Below, piece by piece: positions 13,200 to 24,612 of a stretch of 64,000 bases of DNA (its first letter is position 1; the number at the start of each line of letters is the position of its first letter). Both the position numbers and the translations under genes were made by a program. The notes under the pieces are model-generated. The model was not told the DNA's origin. It saw only the letters and a list, made by a program, of their open reading frames with translations, and did no database searches. The stretch lies in assembly GCF_009914755.1 (NCBI RefSeq), contig NC_060926.1; one strand, written 5' to 3'. The DNA is from the human T2T-CHM13v2.0 reference genome, Homo sapiens.

Positions 13200-14170
13200 G
13201 CACAGCCTGTTTGATCTTGCCATTTGGATATTTCACAGACATCTCAAATGCAACATGCCCAAAGCCTAACCCTGTGTTTCTCTCCACACACCAGTCTTCC
13301 CCATTTTAGTAAATGACACCTTGATTTTTCCAGTTACTCAACCAAAATCCAGGCTTTGCATCCTTAGTTCTTCACCTTCTCTCACCTGGACAGACTGGAC
13401 ATCCAATCTCTCAGCAAGTCTGTTCATGCCACCTCCAGACAAGATCCCAGGCCCCCCACACCTTGCTCTCCCCACTTCTACCACCCAGTTCCGCCACCTT
13501 CATTGCTCATCTGGTCTTCTACGGCAGCCTCTCAACCAGCTTCCTTCCTGCCTCCCACCTCTGCTCTCCCTACCTACCACTCTCCATGCAGTCTTCTTAA
13601 CACTTAATTCAGATCATGCCATCTGCCAACTCAAACCTCATCAAAGACTTTCTGTTGCACTTGCAATAAAATCTAACGTCACTCAGATGGCCCAGGAGAC
13701 TTTGCAGGGTCAGCCCTTGCTGGGCTCCCCAGCCTCCCATACCTCTCCCTCCTCTCCTCTCCCTCCCTCCTCTTCTCTCTTCACTTGGGGGTTCATTCTT
13801 CATTCAGATTTGCCACGCCCCTCCCCACCTCCTGGCTTTGGGATTTACTGTTCCCTCTGACAAGAAAGTTTTCTTTCTTTTCTTTTCTTTTTTTTTTTTC
13901 CTGAGACAGAGTCTCACTCTGTCACCCAGGCTGGAGTGCAGTGGCACGATCTGGGCTCGCTACAACCTTCACCTCCTGGATTCAAGTGATTCTTCTGCCT
14001 CAGCCTCCCGAGTAGCTGGGATTATGGGTTTGAGCCACCGCACCCGGCCAGAATGTTCTTTCTTATCCTGTCCTCCTTCACCCTGCACAGGATGGGTCTT
14101 TCTCGCACGTCATTGATCATGTTGTCACCTCCTCAAGGAGGCCTTCGCTATCACACTAGCTACGTTAACG
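13200..14170 (+). mobile_element. L2 fragment interrupted by an Alu monomer
   Basis: 'cagacatctcaaatgcaacatgcccaaa...ttttagtaaatgacacc...tcagatcatgcc...tgttccctctg'. Confidence 0.75.
13870..14049 (-). mobile_element. Monomer-length Alu (left-arm start fused to an AluS right arm)
   Basis: Reverse strand reads ggccgggtgcggtggctcaaacccataatcccagc, then tactcgggaggctgaggcagaagaatcacttgaa..., then poly-A. Confidence 0.9.
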
Positions 14171-14223
14171 TTCCCTGTATTCTCTTTTATTTGTATATGG
14201 ATTAATATAATTTATTTAGGCAA

Positions 14224-14613
14224 TGATATCATTTGGATGTTTGTCCCCTCCAAATCTCATGTTGAAATGTGATCCCCAATGCTGGAGATGGGGCCTGCTG
14301 GGAAGTGTTTTGGTTATGAAGGTGAATCCCTCATGTCTCACTGTTAGTTCACACAAGAGCTGGTTGTTTAAAGGAGCCTGGAACCTCCCCCTCTCTCTCT
14401 CTTAAGAGCTCCCTCTTTTACCACATGATATGCTGGCTCCCCCTTTGCCTTTTACCATGATTGTAGGCTGAGGCTTCCTGAGGCCTCACCAGAAGCAGAT
14501 GCTGACACCCTGCTTCCTGTACAGTCTGCAAAACTATAAGCCAAAATAAACTTTTATTTACCAGTTACCCAGCCTTGGGTCTTTCTTTGCAGCAACACAA
14601 AATGCACTAATGT
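14224..14613 (+). mobile_element. MSTB-like MaLR solo LTR
   Basis: 'tgatatcatttggatgtttgtcccctccaaatctcatgttgaaatgt...cttcctgaggcctcaccagaagcagatgct...cactaat'. Confidence 0.9.
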
Positions 14614-14869
14614 AGTTCATCATCCACTGTTGGACTTTAAGGTTGTTTCCAACTTTCTATTAACCATCCTGGGGTGAAGGATCTTTGCAATTAAATCTTT
14701 CCACATCCCATAATTATGGCCTTATAATAAAGCCCTAATGTTTGAATATATTTTTTATTAAAAATATACTTCCATAGCACTTCCTCTGTAACCAGCAATG
14801 TTCTAAATACTTTACCAATATAAATTCATTGATGTGCGTGCATACTTTCTTTTGTAGTTAAATATACTA

Positions 14870-14990
14870 GCTCATTTATTTATGTCTTTATTTTATTGCG
14901 GTAAGAGCACTTAACATGAGATCTACCCTCTCTTTCTTTTTCTTGAAATTTACCCTCTTGACAAATTTTAAGTGCACAATACAGAATTGT
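14870..14990 (-). mobile_element. L1MA/L1MB extreme 3' end
   Basis: 'ggtaagagcacttaacatgagatctaccctc...aaattttaagtgcacaatacag'. Confidence 0.7.
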
Positions 14991-14994
14991 ATCT

Positions 14995-15145
14995 GTGACT
15001 TTTTTCTGGTCTGCCTTTTCCATTAGACTGTGTGCTACATGAGGGCAGGGACGATGTCTGTCTTACAATGTCACCAATTGTAATTCTGGTGCATGGCATG
15101 GACCTGGCATACAGAAGGACTCAATCAATATTTATTGAATGAAGC
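14995..15145 (+). mobile_element. L2 3' end
   Basis: 'tagactgtgtgctacatgagggcaggga...cctggcatacagaaggactcaatcaatatttattgaatgaa'. Confidence 0.75.
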
Positions 15146-15169
15146 CATAAAGGAACAAGCTAGCACCCT

Positions 15170-15340
15170 GGCATTTCACATACATTATCTCATTTAATCT
15201 TCACAGCCTCCCTATGGCAATATTATTATTATTTTTTCCTTTCTATAGTTGGATACACCAAGGCTCTTAGGTTAAGAGACTTACATCTGAGTCAGAATGA
15301 ATCTTGGGCCCATGCTATTCCCACTGTACAGGGCTGCCAC
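15170..15340 (-). mobile_element. MIR
   Basis: 'tttcacatacattatctcatttaatcttcacagcc'. Confidence 0.65.
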
Positions 15341-16154
15341 CCTGATGCACAAGTAACTCATCTCTTTATGCAGTGCCATGCTCATTTCTTGGGGGTGACA
15401 CAGGAACAGTTAGCCCCTTCTTCCTTCTACCAAGAGATCACTACCTCACACCCCTGGGGATATGAAAATGTAAAGATGAGAACCTTGATTAATAGGCCTA
15501 TACATAACCTTTAATTAATTGGTCAACATTCAAGGATTATACCCTTGAACTTTGGGAAAAATTAACAGAAGAGTTCCTAAAAATTAATTAATAGGAATCA
15601 ACACACTGACAAAAGTCTCTGTGCCTCCCTCAAAGAAGTGAACACAGGAATTTCTATGTCCCGGTTCTTGTGTTAGAGCCACAAGGTCAGAGAAGGTTGG
15701 ACAGACGGAGACCTTGCCCATTTTGTCTCCATAAGCCCATGGCTTTCAGGTTCTGAAAATCCTGAAAATCTTGGTCAAAACCAGCCACGTGTAGTCTTCC
15801 CATTTCTTCAATTATTTAGTTGTTTATTTCCCTATAATTTGCTATGTCTATAGAATCATCAAATTTTAAAGCCAGAAGTATCCTAAAGATCACGTTTTGT
15901 TTCTTTAATGTGTGACCTCATTAATTCAGATGACATTAATTTAAAATTCATGATAATTACATAAACATAGAGCGAGCAGTACTATGATGCCTTGCAGATG
16001 AAATATGCATATTCTGTGTACTGATACGTTGTCTCTTCTTAAGAAAGATGTGAGGTGACTGCCTGATTAACGTATTGAGGTTCTCTGAGGGAGGAAGTAA
16101 AAAAAATGACACAGAGTTGTCAGACGACTCATAACTCTAAGTTTCAGAAAAAAC

Positions 16155-16352
16155 TTGGGGTTGAATTTTAGCTCTCTTGCTTTACAGTTTTGTGGCCTCG
16201 GACAAATGACTTAACAGGGCCCTAGCTCTCTCATCTGTAAAGTGAGAAATAATAACAGCATCTTTATTTTAGAGTCATTGTGAAGAATAAAAATGATTAC
16301 TGCATGGGAAGTGCCTGATGTAGTATCAGCACAAAGTAAGTGTTCAGTAAAA
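16155..16352 (+). mobile_element. MIR
   Basis: 'ctctcatctgtaaagtgagaaataataacagc...gtgaagaataaa...aagtaagtgttcagtaaa'. Confidence 0.75.
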
Positions 16353-16394
16353 TTACCCGAACTACTACCTGTAATATAAGCTATCATAGTGAAA

Positions 16395-16590
16395 GCAGCT
16401 AATGTGTACCAGGTATTTTACAAACACGACCTCAGTCATTTCTCACTTCAACCTTTGAGACAAGTTTTACATATGAGGAAAATAAGTCTGAGGCTGAGTT
16501 AGTAATTTGCTCGAGGTTGTGCAGTTAGGAGGTGCAGGAATAGATATTGGAACCCAGGTCTATGTAACTCCACCAACAGGCTGCTTTCAC
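16395..16590 (-). mobile_element. MIR
   Basis: 'ttttacatatgaggaaaataag...gttagtaatttgctcgaggtt...gaacccaggtct'. Confidence 0.7.
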
Positions 16591-17129
16591 CAAATCCTAC
16601 CTCCTCTTAGACCAGAAGTGGGTCAAGTGGTGCCATCCTCTGTCTGCCTACGATGTGCACAAAATGACTGAAGGGATGAGTGGGTGCATCACCCAGGAAA
16701 CAGAGTTTCAATTAGTGGAGAAGCATCATGGGTGAAGGAGAAAAGAAACGGATCCTGTGTCCTTCCAGAGGACAAACAACTGTGGACTCATGCTAAGAAA
16801 GAATCCCTAACAAATGAAGTTCCTGAGTTAGACAGGGCGCTGAATTGGATGACCTCGCAGTTTCTCCCGCCTCTAGGATTCTGTAATAGGATTCTGTAAT
16901 AGGCACCGTTCTCAGTTGTACCTTTTAGCCAAGTGTCCTTAGTTGTCTGTGTGTAAGTGTGTGTGTCGTGTACAGGACCACGGGGGTGGGATTTAGCAAA
17001 TATAGGACTCTGGCCTAAAGGCAGGAAACATCCGGAGGAGGCGAATGTGCATGTCTGTGGAGTTAGAACTGGGCTCGAATTTATGCACCTTGTTTATAAA
17101 TAACCTAGATCATGAAATGTGCAGTACAC

Positions 17130-17790
17130 TTTCAGATTTGGCAGGTGACACTAAGTTTTTTTAGTATAAAATTGGGAGGTTGATGGGAAGGAATCTTAAG
17201 ATCCTACAAGACTATGTGAATGGGCAGAGAAAGGTAGAAAAGTAGAGGATAGTTCTGCAACTTAAAAGATTCAGAGAGCTGAGTTCTCAATTAAAACTCA
17301 GGGAATTCATCTGGGAGTCTTTCCCAGACTGGACCCCAGGGGATTCCAGTTAATATGTTTCAGTGGCCAAAAATGTTGGAAAGAAAAAAAAGGGAAAATA
17401 CAAACCAATGAGATGATCCAGCTTTGACTGTGGCATATAATAGTGTAGTCACCCTTGGCTAAGGCTGAATGTGGCTCTGATCCCATGGGCACAGGTGACG
17501 GGCGGGAGAAGAGCAGTTTAAACAATCAAAGGAGCATTGAGGCTGGACTAAAGTTAGTGGGATTCTCTAGTCCATAGGCAAGAGCATGAAGGGTGGTATG
17601 ACCGATGTCAACAAAGTCATGCATGTAAGAATAAAGAGGAAGCTGGAGAAGCTGAAGCTAGCAGTACATTCTGGAGAGTGAGTAGAATCATACTCTCGTT
17701 AAATGAACAAAAGTCCCATGAAATCTATTATTCCCAAGAGACAGAACTGGCTGAAAGAATGAACAGTTCAGTTCAACAAATACCACTAGG
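17130..17790 (+). mobile_element. Probable ancient CR1/L3 LINE relic
   Basis: 'tttggcaggtgacactaag' resembles the CR1 RT FADDTK-coding motif and is followed by 'tgtgaatgggcaga'; very degenerate. Confidence 0.4.
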
Positions 17791-17819
17791 CAAGTGTTAG
17801 GGCTAGAAGTGCTAGTTCT

Positions 17820-18282
17820 TTTGTTAAACTTTTTATCTTGAGGCAAGTGTAGACTCACATGCAGTTGTGAGAAATAGCAGAGTGATCCTGTGGTGTCCGT
17901 TTTACTCAGTTTCTGCCAATGGTAACATCTTTGTAACTTTAGTGCAATAGCATAACCAGGATACTGACATTGATACAATCCAACAACCTTATTCAGATTC
18001 CCCTAGTTTTACTTGCATTGGTGTGTATGTGTGTGTGCATGTGTGTGTGTGTATGCATGTGGTATGCTTAGTTCTATGCAATTTTATCACACGCATTAGT
18101 TTCTGTATCCATCACCACAGTCAGGATTCAGAACAGTTCCGTCACCACAAGAATCCCTCCTGTTGCCCCTGTATAACCACACCTACCTTCTTCCTGCCTT
18201 AATCCCTAACACCCAGTAACCACTAATCTCCACTTCTATAATCTTGTCATTTTAATAATGTTACATAAATGGAACCGTAGGC
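17820..18282 (-). mobile_element. L1MC-type 3' end with internal (TG)n
   Basis: 'tagactcacatgcagttgtgagaaata...ccaggatactgacattgatacaatcc...gaacagttccgtcaccacaaga...aatgttacataaatggaa'. Confidence 0.85.
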
Positions 18283-18428
18283 ACTCTAACATTATATGAA
18301 TAATAGCACATAATTAAGCATGAGGAACATCCCTTAGGGTGATAACTGAGACACAAAAGTGGAACCACCCCCCTCTCGCACAGCATCTCCTATGCTCTGA
18401 CAGGAGGTTACATGGACAAAAGGTCTGA

Positions 18429-19049
<621 letters not shown>

Positions 19050-20451
19050 AAGTTCTGACCCAGTTGATCTTCCAGACATTCTCAGGAAATGGCCACTTTG
19101 ATTTAACAACTTGAGTGGGTGGGGCAGGATAAAATACGAGGGGCTGGGGCTAGGAATTGGATTTGTCCCACTGGAAGGGTTATGTACTGGGGATAGGAAC
19201 CCTCTCTAGGTGACACTAGTGGCAAGAAGTTGCTGTGTCTGCAAGGTAAGGCTCAGGCAGCAGTTGTTCAGCAGGAGGTCAGGTCTGGGATGGGAGTCAG
19301 GCCAGGCATGAAAGAGAGGCTTACAGCTGAAGCTGTCCTCCGCTCTCCCTTGAAGCCAGACTCAGGCACAAGTGGCACGTGTAAAGAAAACTATGGGATG
19401 CCAAAACTGCTGAGAACAAACCATGCTCAAGAACTTTCAAAACTACTTAGACTTCACCCATATGTATTAAATATTCAACAGACAGTTCCAAAAAATGGAG
19501 GGATCAGGGGAGGCAATAAGAAGTATAGTGAGTGGGCCACGGCAAAACCGCAGGTGGAAGAAGAAAACCTGAGTGAAGGTAATGGCAGAGAAAGGGGGTC
19601 GCTTGTGAAAAAAAATAAATAGAAAAAATCAGGAGTGATTGGAATTGGAGGGGAAAGAGGGAAAACATCACACATGTGTCATAGATTTCCAGCCTGCGTG
19701 AACAGGAAACCCAGAGGAATGATGTCAGGGGAGGAGAAGACGGTTTGGTCACATAGGGACTGAGTTACTGGAAAGACTTCTTCTAGGAGGAAATGACCAA
19801 AGCAAAGTTGAGAGATGTGCTATGAGGCTCGGAAGATGTGAAAATTTGACATATTGATTGACAATCATGTTCCTGGTTGAAGTCATAGTAGATTTATAAG
19901 GGAAAGGGTGTTAGTAGAGCCTTGGGGTTCCCAAAGGATGGGAGAAAGGAGTCAGCAAAGAATACAGACATGGACAAAAGGAAAGGGAGGAAGGTTGAAA
20001 CAAGAATCAGAACAGCAGTGGCCCATGAGAGGGAAGGGGAGAATTTCAAGAGGGTAGGGTTAAGCAACATTGAGTGCTTCCAAATAAGACACACAAAGAC
20101 CTACATGGCTAGGGCCTTAAAATGTTCCCCTTGGAAGCTGTGGTCTGAGGCTTATCCCAGGGGAAGAAATTCTTAACGATGGAACTTCTGGTAGTATCAC
20201 AGGTATGGGATTATTGGTTTGTTTGTTTAAGAAAGGGCAATTTTTGTGGTACCTCTCAAATCCTACCATATGGCAACTGCCTACGTTAGCTCTTGTTAGG
20301 AAGTCTCTTGCTCAACTATGAGGATGGGTAATGTCCTGAGGTCCTGTAGCTAACTAAGGATTAGTTAAGGAAAGGGAGAAAAAAAAAAAAAAAAACAGAA
20401 AAGAAATTAGGAAAACAAAAACAAGATACCAATAGCAATTATCAAGATTTC

Positions 20452-23400
20452 TTGGATTACACAGGCAGAAAATCAATAAGGAAACACTGGACACAAACTA
20501 AGACTTTAGACCAAATGGATCTAACAGACATACACAGAATATTCCACCTAACAGCAGCAGAATACACATTCTTCTCAAGTGCACACAAAACATTCTCCAG
20601 GATAGATCATATGCTATGCCACAAAACAAGTCTTAACAAACTTAAGAAGACTGAAATCACATCAAGTATCTTTTTTGACCACAATGGTATGAAACTAGAG
20701 ATCAATAATAGGAGAGATTTCAGAAAACTCATAAATATGCACAACATGCTCCTGAACAACCAATGAGTCAAAGAGAAATCAAAAGGGAAATTTAAAAATA
20801 TCTTGAGACAAAATTTAAAACACAACATACCAAAACTTATGAGATGCAGCAAAGGCGATTATAAAAGGTAAGTTTATAGCAATACATATCTACATTAAAA
20901 AAGAAGAAAGTAATTTGGGAGGCCAAGGCAGGTGGATTGCTTGAGCCCAGGAGTTCGAGACCAACCTGGGCAACATAGTAAGACCCTATCTCTACAAAAA
21001 AATAAAAAAAGTGGTTGGGTATGGTGGCATGTGCCTGTAGTCCCAGCTACTCAGGGGGCTGCGGTGGGATGATCACTCGAGCCCACGAGGTCAAGGCTGC
21101 AGTGAGTTGTAATTGTACCATTGCACTCCAGCCTGAGCGACAGCACAAGACCTTGCCTCAAAAAGAAGGAAGAGGGTAAGGAGAAGGAGGAAGCACTCAA
21201 ATAAACTAACATCAGATCTCAAGGAGCTAAAAATAGAAGAACAAACTAAGCCCGAAGTTAGCAGAAGGAAGAAAATAACAAATATCAGAACAGAAATAAA
21301 TGAAACAGATACTTGAAAAACAATAGAAAAGATCAATGAAACTAAGAGTTGGTATTTTAAAAAGGTAAACAGAATCAACAGATCTTTACTATGAAAAAAG
21401 AGAAGACTCAAATAAAATAAAAAATGAAAGAGGAGAATTACAATTAATACCACAGAAATACAAAAGATCATAACAGATTACTATCAACAATCATACAGCA
21501 ACAAATTGAATAATCTAGGAAAAATGGATAAATTCCTAGAAATATACAACATACCAAGACTGAATGATAAAGAAATTGAAAATCTTAACAGATTAATAAT
21601 GAGTAAAAAGATTGAATCAGTAATCAAAAATCTCCCATCAAAGAAAAGCCCAGGAGTTGAGGGTTTCATGGTTGAATTCTACCAAGCATTTAAAGAAGAG
21701 CTTATACTAATCCTTTTCAAACTCTTCCAAATAAATTGAAGAGGAAGGAATACTTCCAAACTCACTTTATGAGGCAAAATTACCCTGATACTGAAGCCAG
21801 ACAAGGATACTACAAGAAAAGAAAATTGCAAGCCAATATCCTTGAACACAGATGCAAAAATCCTCAACAAAATACTAGCAAAATGAATTCAATGGCATAT
21901 TAAAAGATCATTCACCAAGATCAAGTGGGATTAATCCCTCGGATGCAAGGATGGCTCAAAATACACAAATCAATCAATATGATACACCACATTAAAAGAA
22001 TAAAGGACAAAAATCATACGATTATATCAATAAATGCAAAATCCACAACTGACAAAATTCAACATCCTTTAATGATAAAAATCCTCAGCAAATTAGTTAT
22101 AGAAGGAATGTACCTCAACACAATAAAAGCTATTTATAACAAGCCCATAGCCAATATCATACTCAATGGTGAAAAGTTGAACGTTTTTCCTTTAAGATCA
22201 GGAACAAGACAAGATGCCTACTCTGACCATTTCTATTCAATGTAGTACTGGAAGTCCTAGCCAGAGCATTTAGGCAAAAACAGAAAGGCAAGGGAAGTGA
22301 AAGAAAGGGAAGGGAAAGGGTCTGAACAGGAAAAAAATAAGTTAAATTGACACTGTTGCAGATGACATCATCTGACATATGAAAACCCTAAAGATTCCAC
22401 CAACGAACTGTTAGAAATAATAAACAAATTCAATAAAGTTTCATCATATGAAATCATCATACAAAATTCAGGAGCATTTCTATATACTAATAATGAACTA
22501 TCTGAAAAAGTCCCTATTATGATAGCATTAAAAAACCTACAAATAAATTTAACCAAAAATGTGAAAGATCTGAACACTGAAAATTATAAAACATTGATGA
22601 AAGAAATTAAATAAAACACAAATAAATTTTAAAATATCCTGTATTCATGGATTAGAAGAATGTCTTCTTAAAATGTCTGTACTACCCAAAGTGATCTACA
22701 GATTCAATGCAACCCCTATCAAAATTCCAATGACATTTTTTCACAGACATAGAGAAAGCAATCCTAAAATTCATATAGAACCAGAAAAGACCCAGAATAG
22801 CCAAAGCAATCTTGAGAAAAAAAAAAACTGGGGGCATCACACTACCTGATTTTAAAATGCACTACTAAGCTTTAGTAATCAAAACATCATACTGGCACAA
22901 AAACAGATGTATAGAGCAATGGAACAGCAAGAGAGCCCAGAAATAAATCCACACATTTCCAGTTAATTGATCTTTGACAAAGGTACCAAGAACATACAAT
23001 GAGGAAAAGGATAGTCTGTCTAAGAAAGAGCATTGGGAAAACTGGGTATCCATACGCAGAAGAATAAATTGGATCTTTATCTCGCCCCATATACAAAAAT
23101 CAACTTGAAATGGATTAATGACTTAAATGTAAGACCTGAAACTGTAAAACCACAAGAAGAAAACATAGAGGAAAAGCTTTTTGACATTCATTTGGGCAAT
23201 GTTTTCTTGGATATAACTTCCAAAGCATGGGCAACAAAAGCAAAAACAGACAAAAGAGATGGCATCAAATAAAAAGTTAAGCTGCTTCTACACAGTGAAA
23301 GAAACAATCAACACAGTGAAGAGACAGCCTGTGGATTGAGAGAAAATACTTGCAAACCATACATGTATAAAGTGGTTAATGTCCAAAACGTATAAAGTAC

Positions 23401-23840
23401 TCAAACAACTTAATAGCAAGAAAATGACCCAATTTAAAAATGAGCAAATGACCTGAAAAGGTATTTCTCAAAAGAAGATATACAAATGGCCAATAAGAAT
23501 ATTTTTTTTTAAATGCTCACATCCACTAACCGTCAGGGAAACGCAAACTAAAACCACAATGAGATATCACCCCATGCCTGTTTGAATGGCTATTATCAAA
23601 AAATAAATAAATAAATAACAAGTGTTGCTGAGGATGTGAAGGAAAGGAAACCCTTACACTGTTGGTAAGAATATAGATTAGTACAGCCATTTATGGAAAT
23701 TAGTATGGGGGTTCCTCAAAAATATAAAAATAGATCTACCATATGATCCAGCAATCCTACTACTGGGCATTTACTCAAGGGAAACGAAATCAGTATGTCA
23801 AAGAGATATCTGCACTCCCATGTTGATTGCAGTATTATTA
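20452..23840 (+). mobile_element. L1 (L1MA/L1PB-age) internal fragment with decayed ORF2; truncated at both ends
   Basis: ORF fragments match L1 ORF2p: endonuclease end (DQMDLTDIHR..YTFFSSAH..FSRIDHML..DHNGMKLEIN), NLNR..IESVIKNLPSKKSPG, and RT (GLIP.MQGW..KSIN.IHHI..LRSGTRQ). The FADD-coding 'ttgcagatgacat' is near 22357. Many stops and frameshifts. Confidence 0.97.
20914..21192 (+). mobile_element. AluJ, 5'-truncated, inserted in the L1
   Basis: AluJ diagnostics 'gcttgagcccaggagttcgagacc...gggcaacatagtaagacc' and 'ggtcaaggctgcagtgag'; tail degenerated to GA-rich sequence. Confidence 0.93.
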
Positions 23841-23859
23841 ACCTTCCCCTACTCTTTCA

Positions 23860-24003
23860 TAAGTCAGACCTGCATTGAGGTCTGAAGGCTTTCCCACATT
23901 TTCTGGCTTCTCCTCTTTTATCCCTCAAGACATTTCTCCCAACAGCCTGTCGTGCATCTAATCCTATCTTGACACCTGCTTCTCAGAGGATTTGGACTAA
24001 CAT
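23860..24003 (+). mobile_element. ERVL-type LTR 3' fragment
   Basis: 'gcatctaatcctatcttgacacctgcttctcagaggatttggactaaca' resembles an old ERVL LTR end. Confidence 0.5.
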
Positions 24004-24195
24004 AATGCTTTATCTTATTTCATAATTATGATAACCCAAAATATAAGTACTATTGTCCCCATTTTTCAGACTAGAAAACTGAGGCACAGAGTGGTTACCT
24101 GCTTGTCTGAGATCATCCAGCTAGTACCTGGGCAGAGCTGGGATTCAATCCAGAACTGTCTGACTCCAGGGTCTGTGCTCTTGTCCCTGGCTACC
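24004..24195 (-). mobile_element. MIR
   Basis: 'ccccatttttcagactagaaaactgaggcacagagtggtt...gagctgggattcaatccaga...tctgactcca'. Confidence 0.85.
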
Positions 24196-24234
24196 TACAC
24201 ATACCCCTCCCTTTACTTGTCACAGGGCAGTCAC

Positions 24235-24612
24235 AGCAGTCTATTCCCTGTCTTGAACACAGCCAGTTTATCCTGCCTCGGGTCTTTGCCCAAACCACTT
24301 CTCATGTCTGAAATACTCTTCTTTTGAATGGTCAGCTTCCTTCTCTCTTTTGAGTCTTGGCAGAGCAGTACTCCTGGCCTTCCTAAGTAGGCCCTTTCTC
24401 TTTCTGTCACTTGCTTATTTCCTTTACAGCACTCACCACAACATACAATTTTTGCTTTTACTTTTCTACTTAGTGTTTTTGTCTCCTTCTACCCTTTGAA
24501 TGCATGTTCCATGATACCAAGAATCACATCTTTCTCTTTTACAACTGTGTTGATAAATCCTAATACAGTGTCTGGCACATAGTCAACAAATATTTGTCAA
24601 ATAAACAAATGA
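24235..24612 (+). mobile_element. L2 3' region
   Basis: 'cttgaacacagccag...acagcactcaccac...acagtgtctggcacatagtcaacaaatatttg'. Confidence 0.75.

Noticed and set aside
13321-13860. 179-aa ORF
   Set aside because: Lies within a pyrimidine-rich L2 relic, has a non-ATG start and shows Pro/Ser/Leu compositional bias
20452-23272. ORFs with endonuclease and reverse transcriptase motifs as an active or novel RT system
   Set aside because: Ordinary dead L1 ORF2: fragmented by stops and frameshifts, interrupted by an AluJ, and lacking the 5'UTR, ORF1 and 3' end
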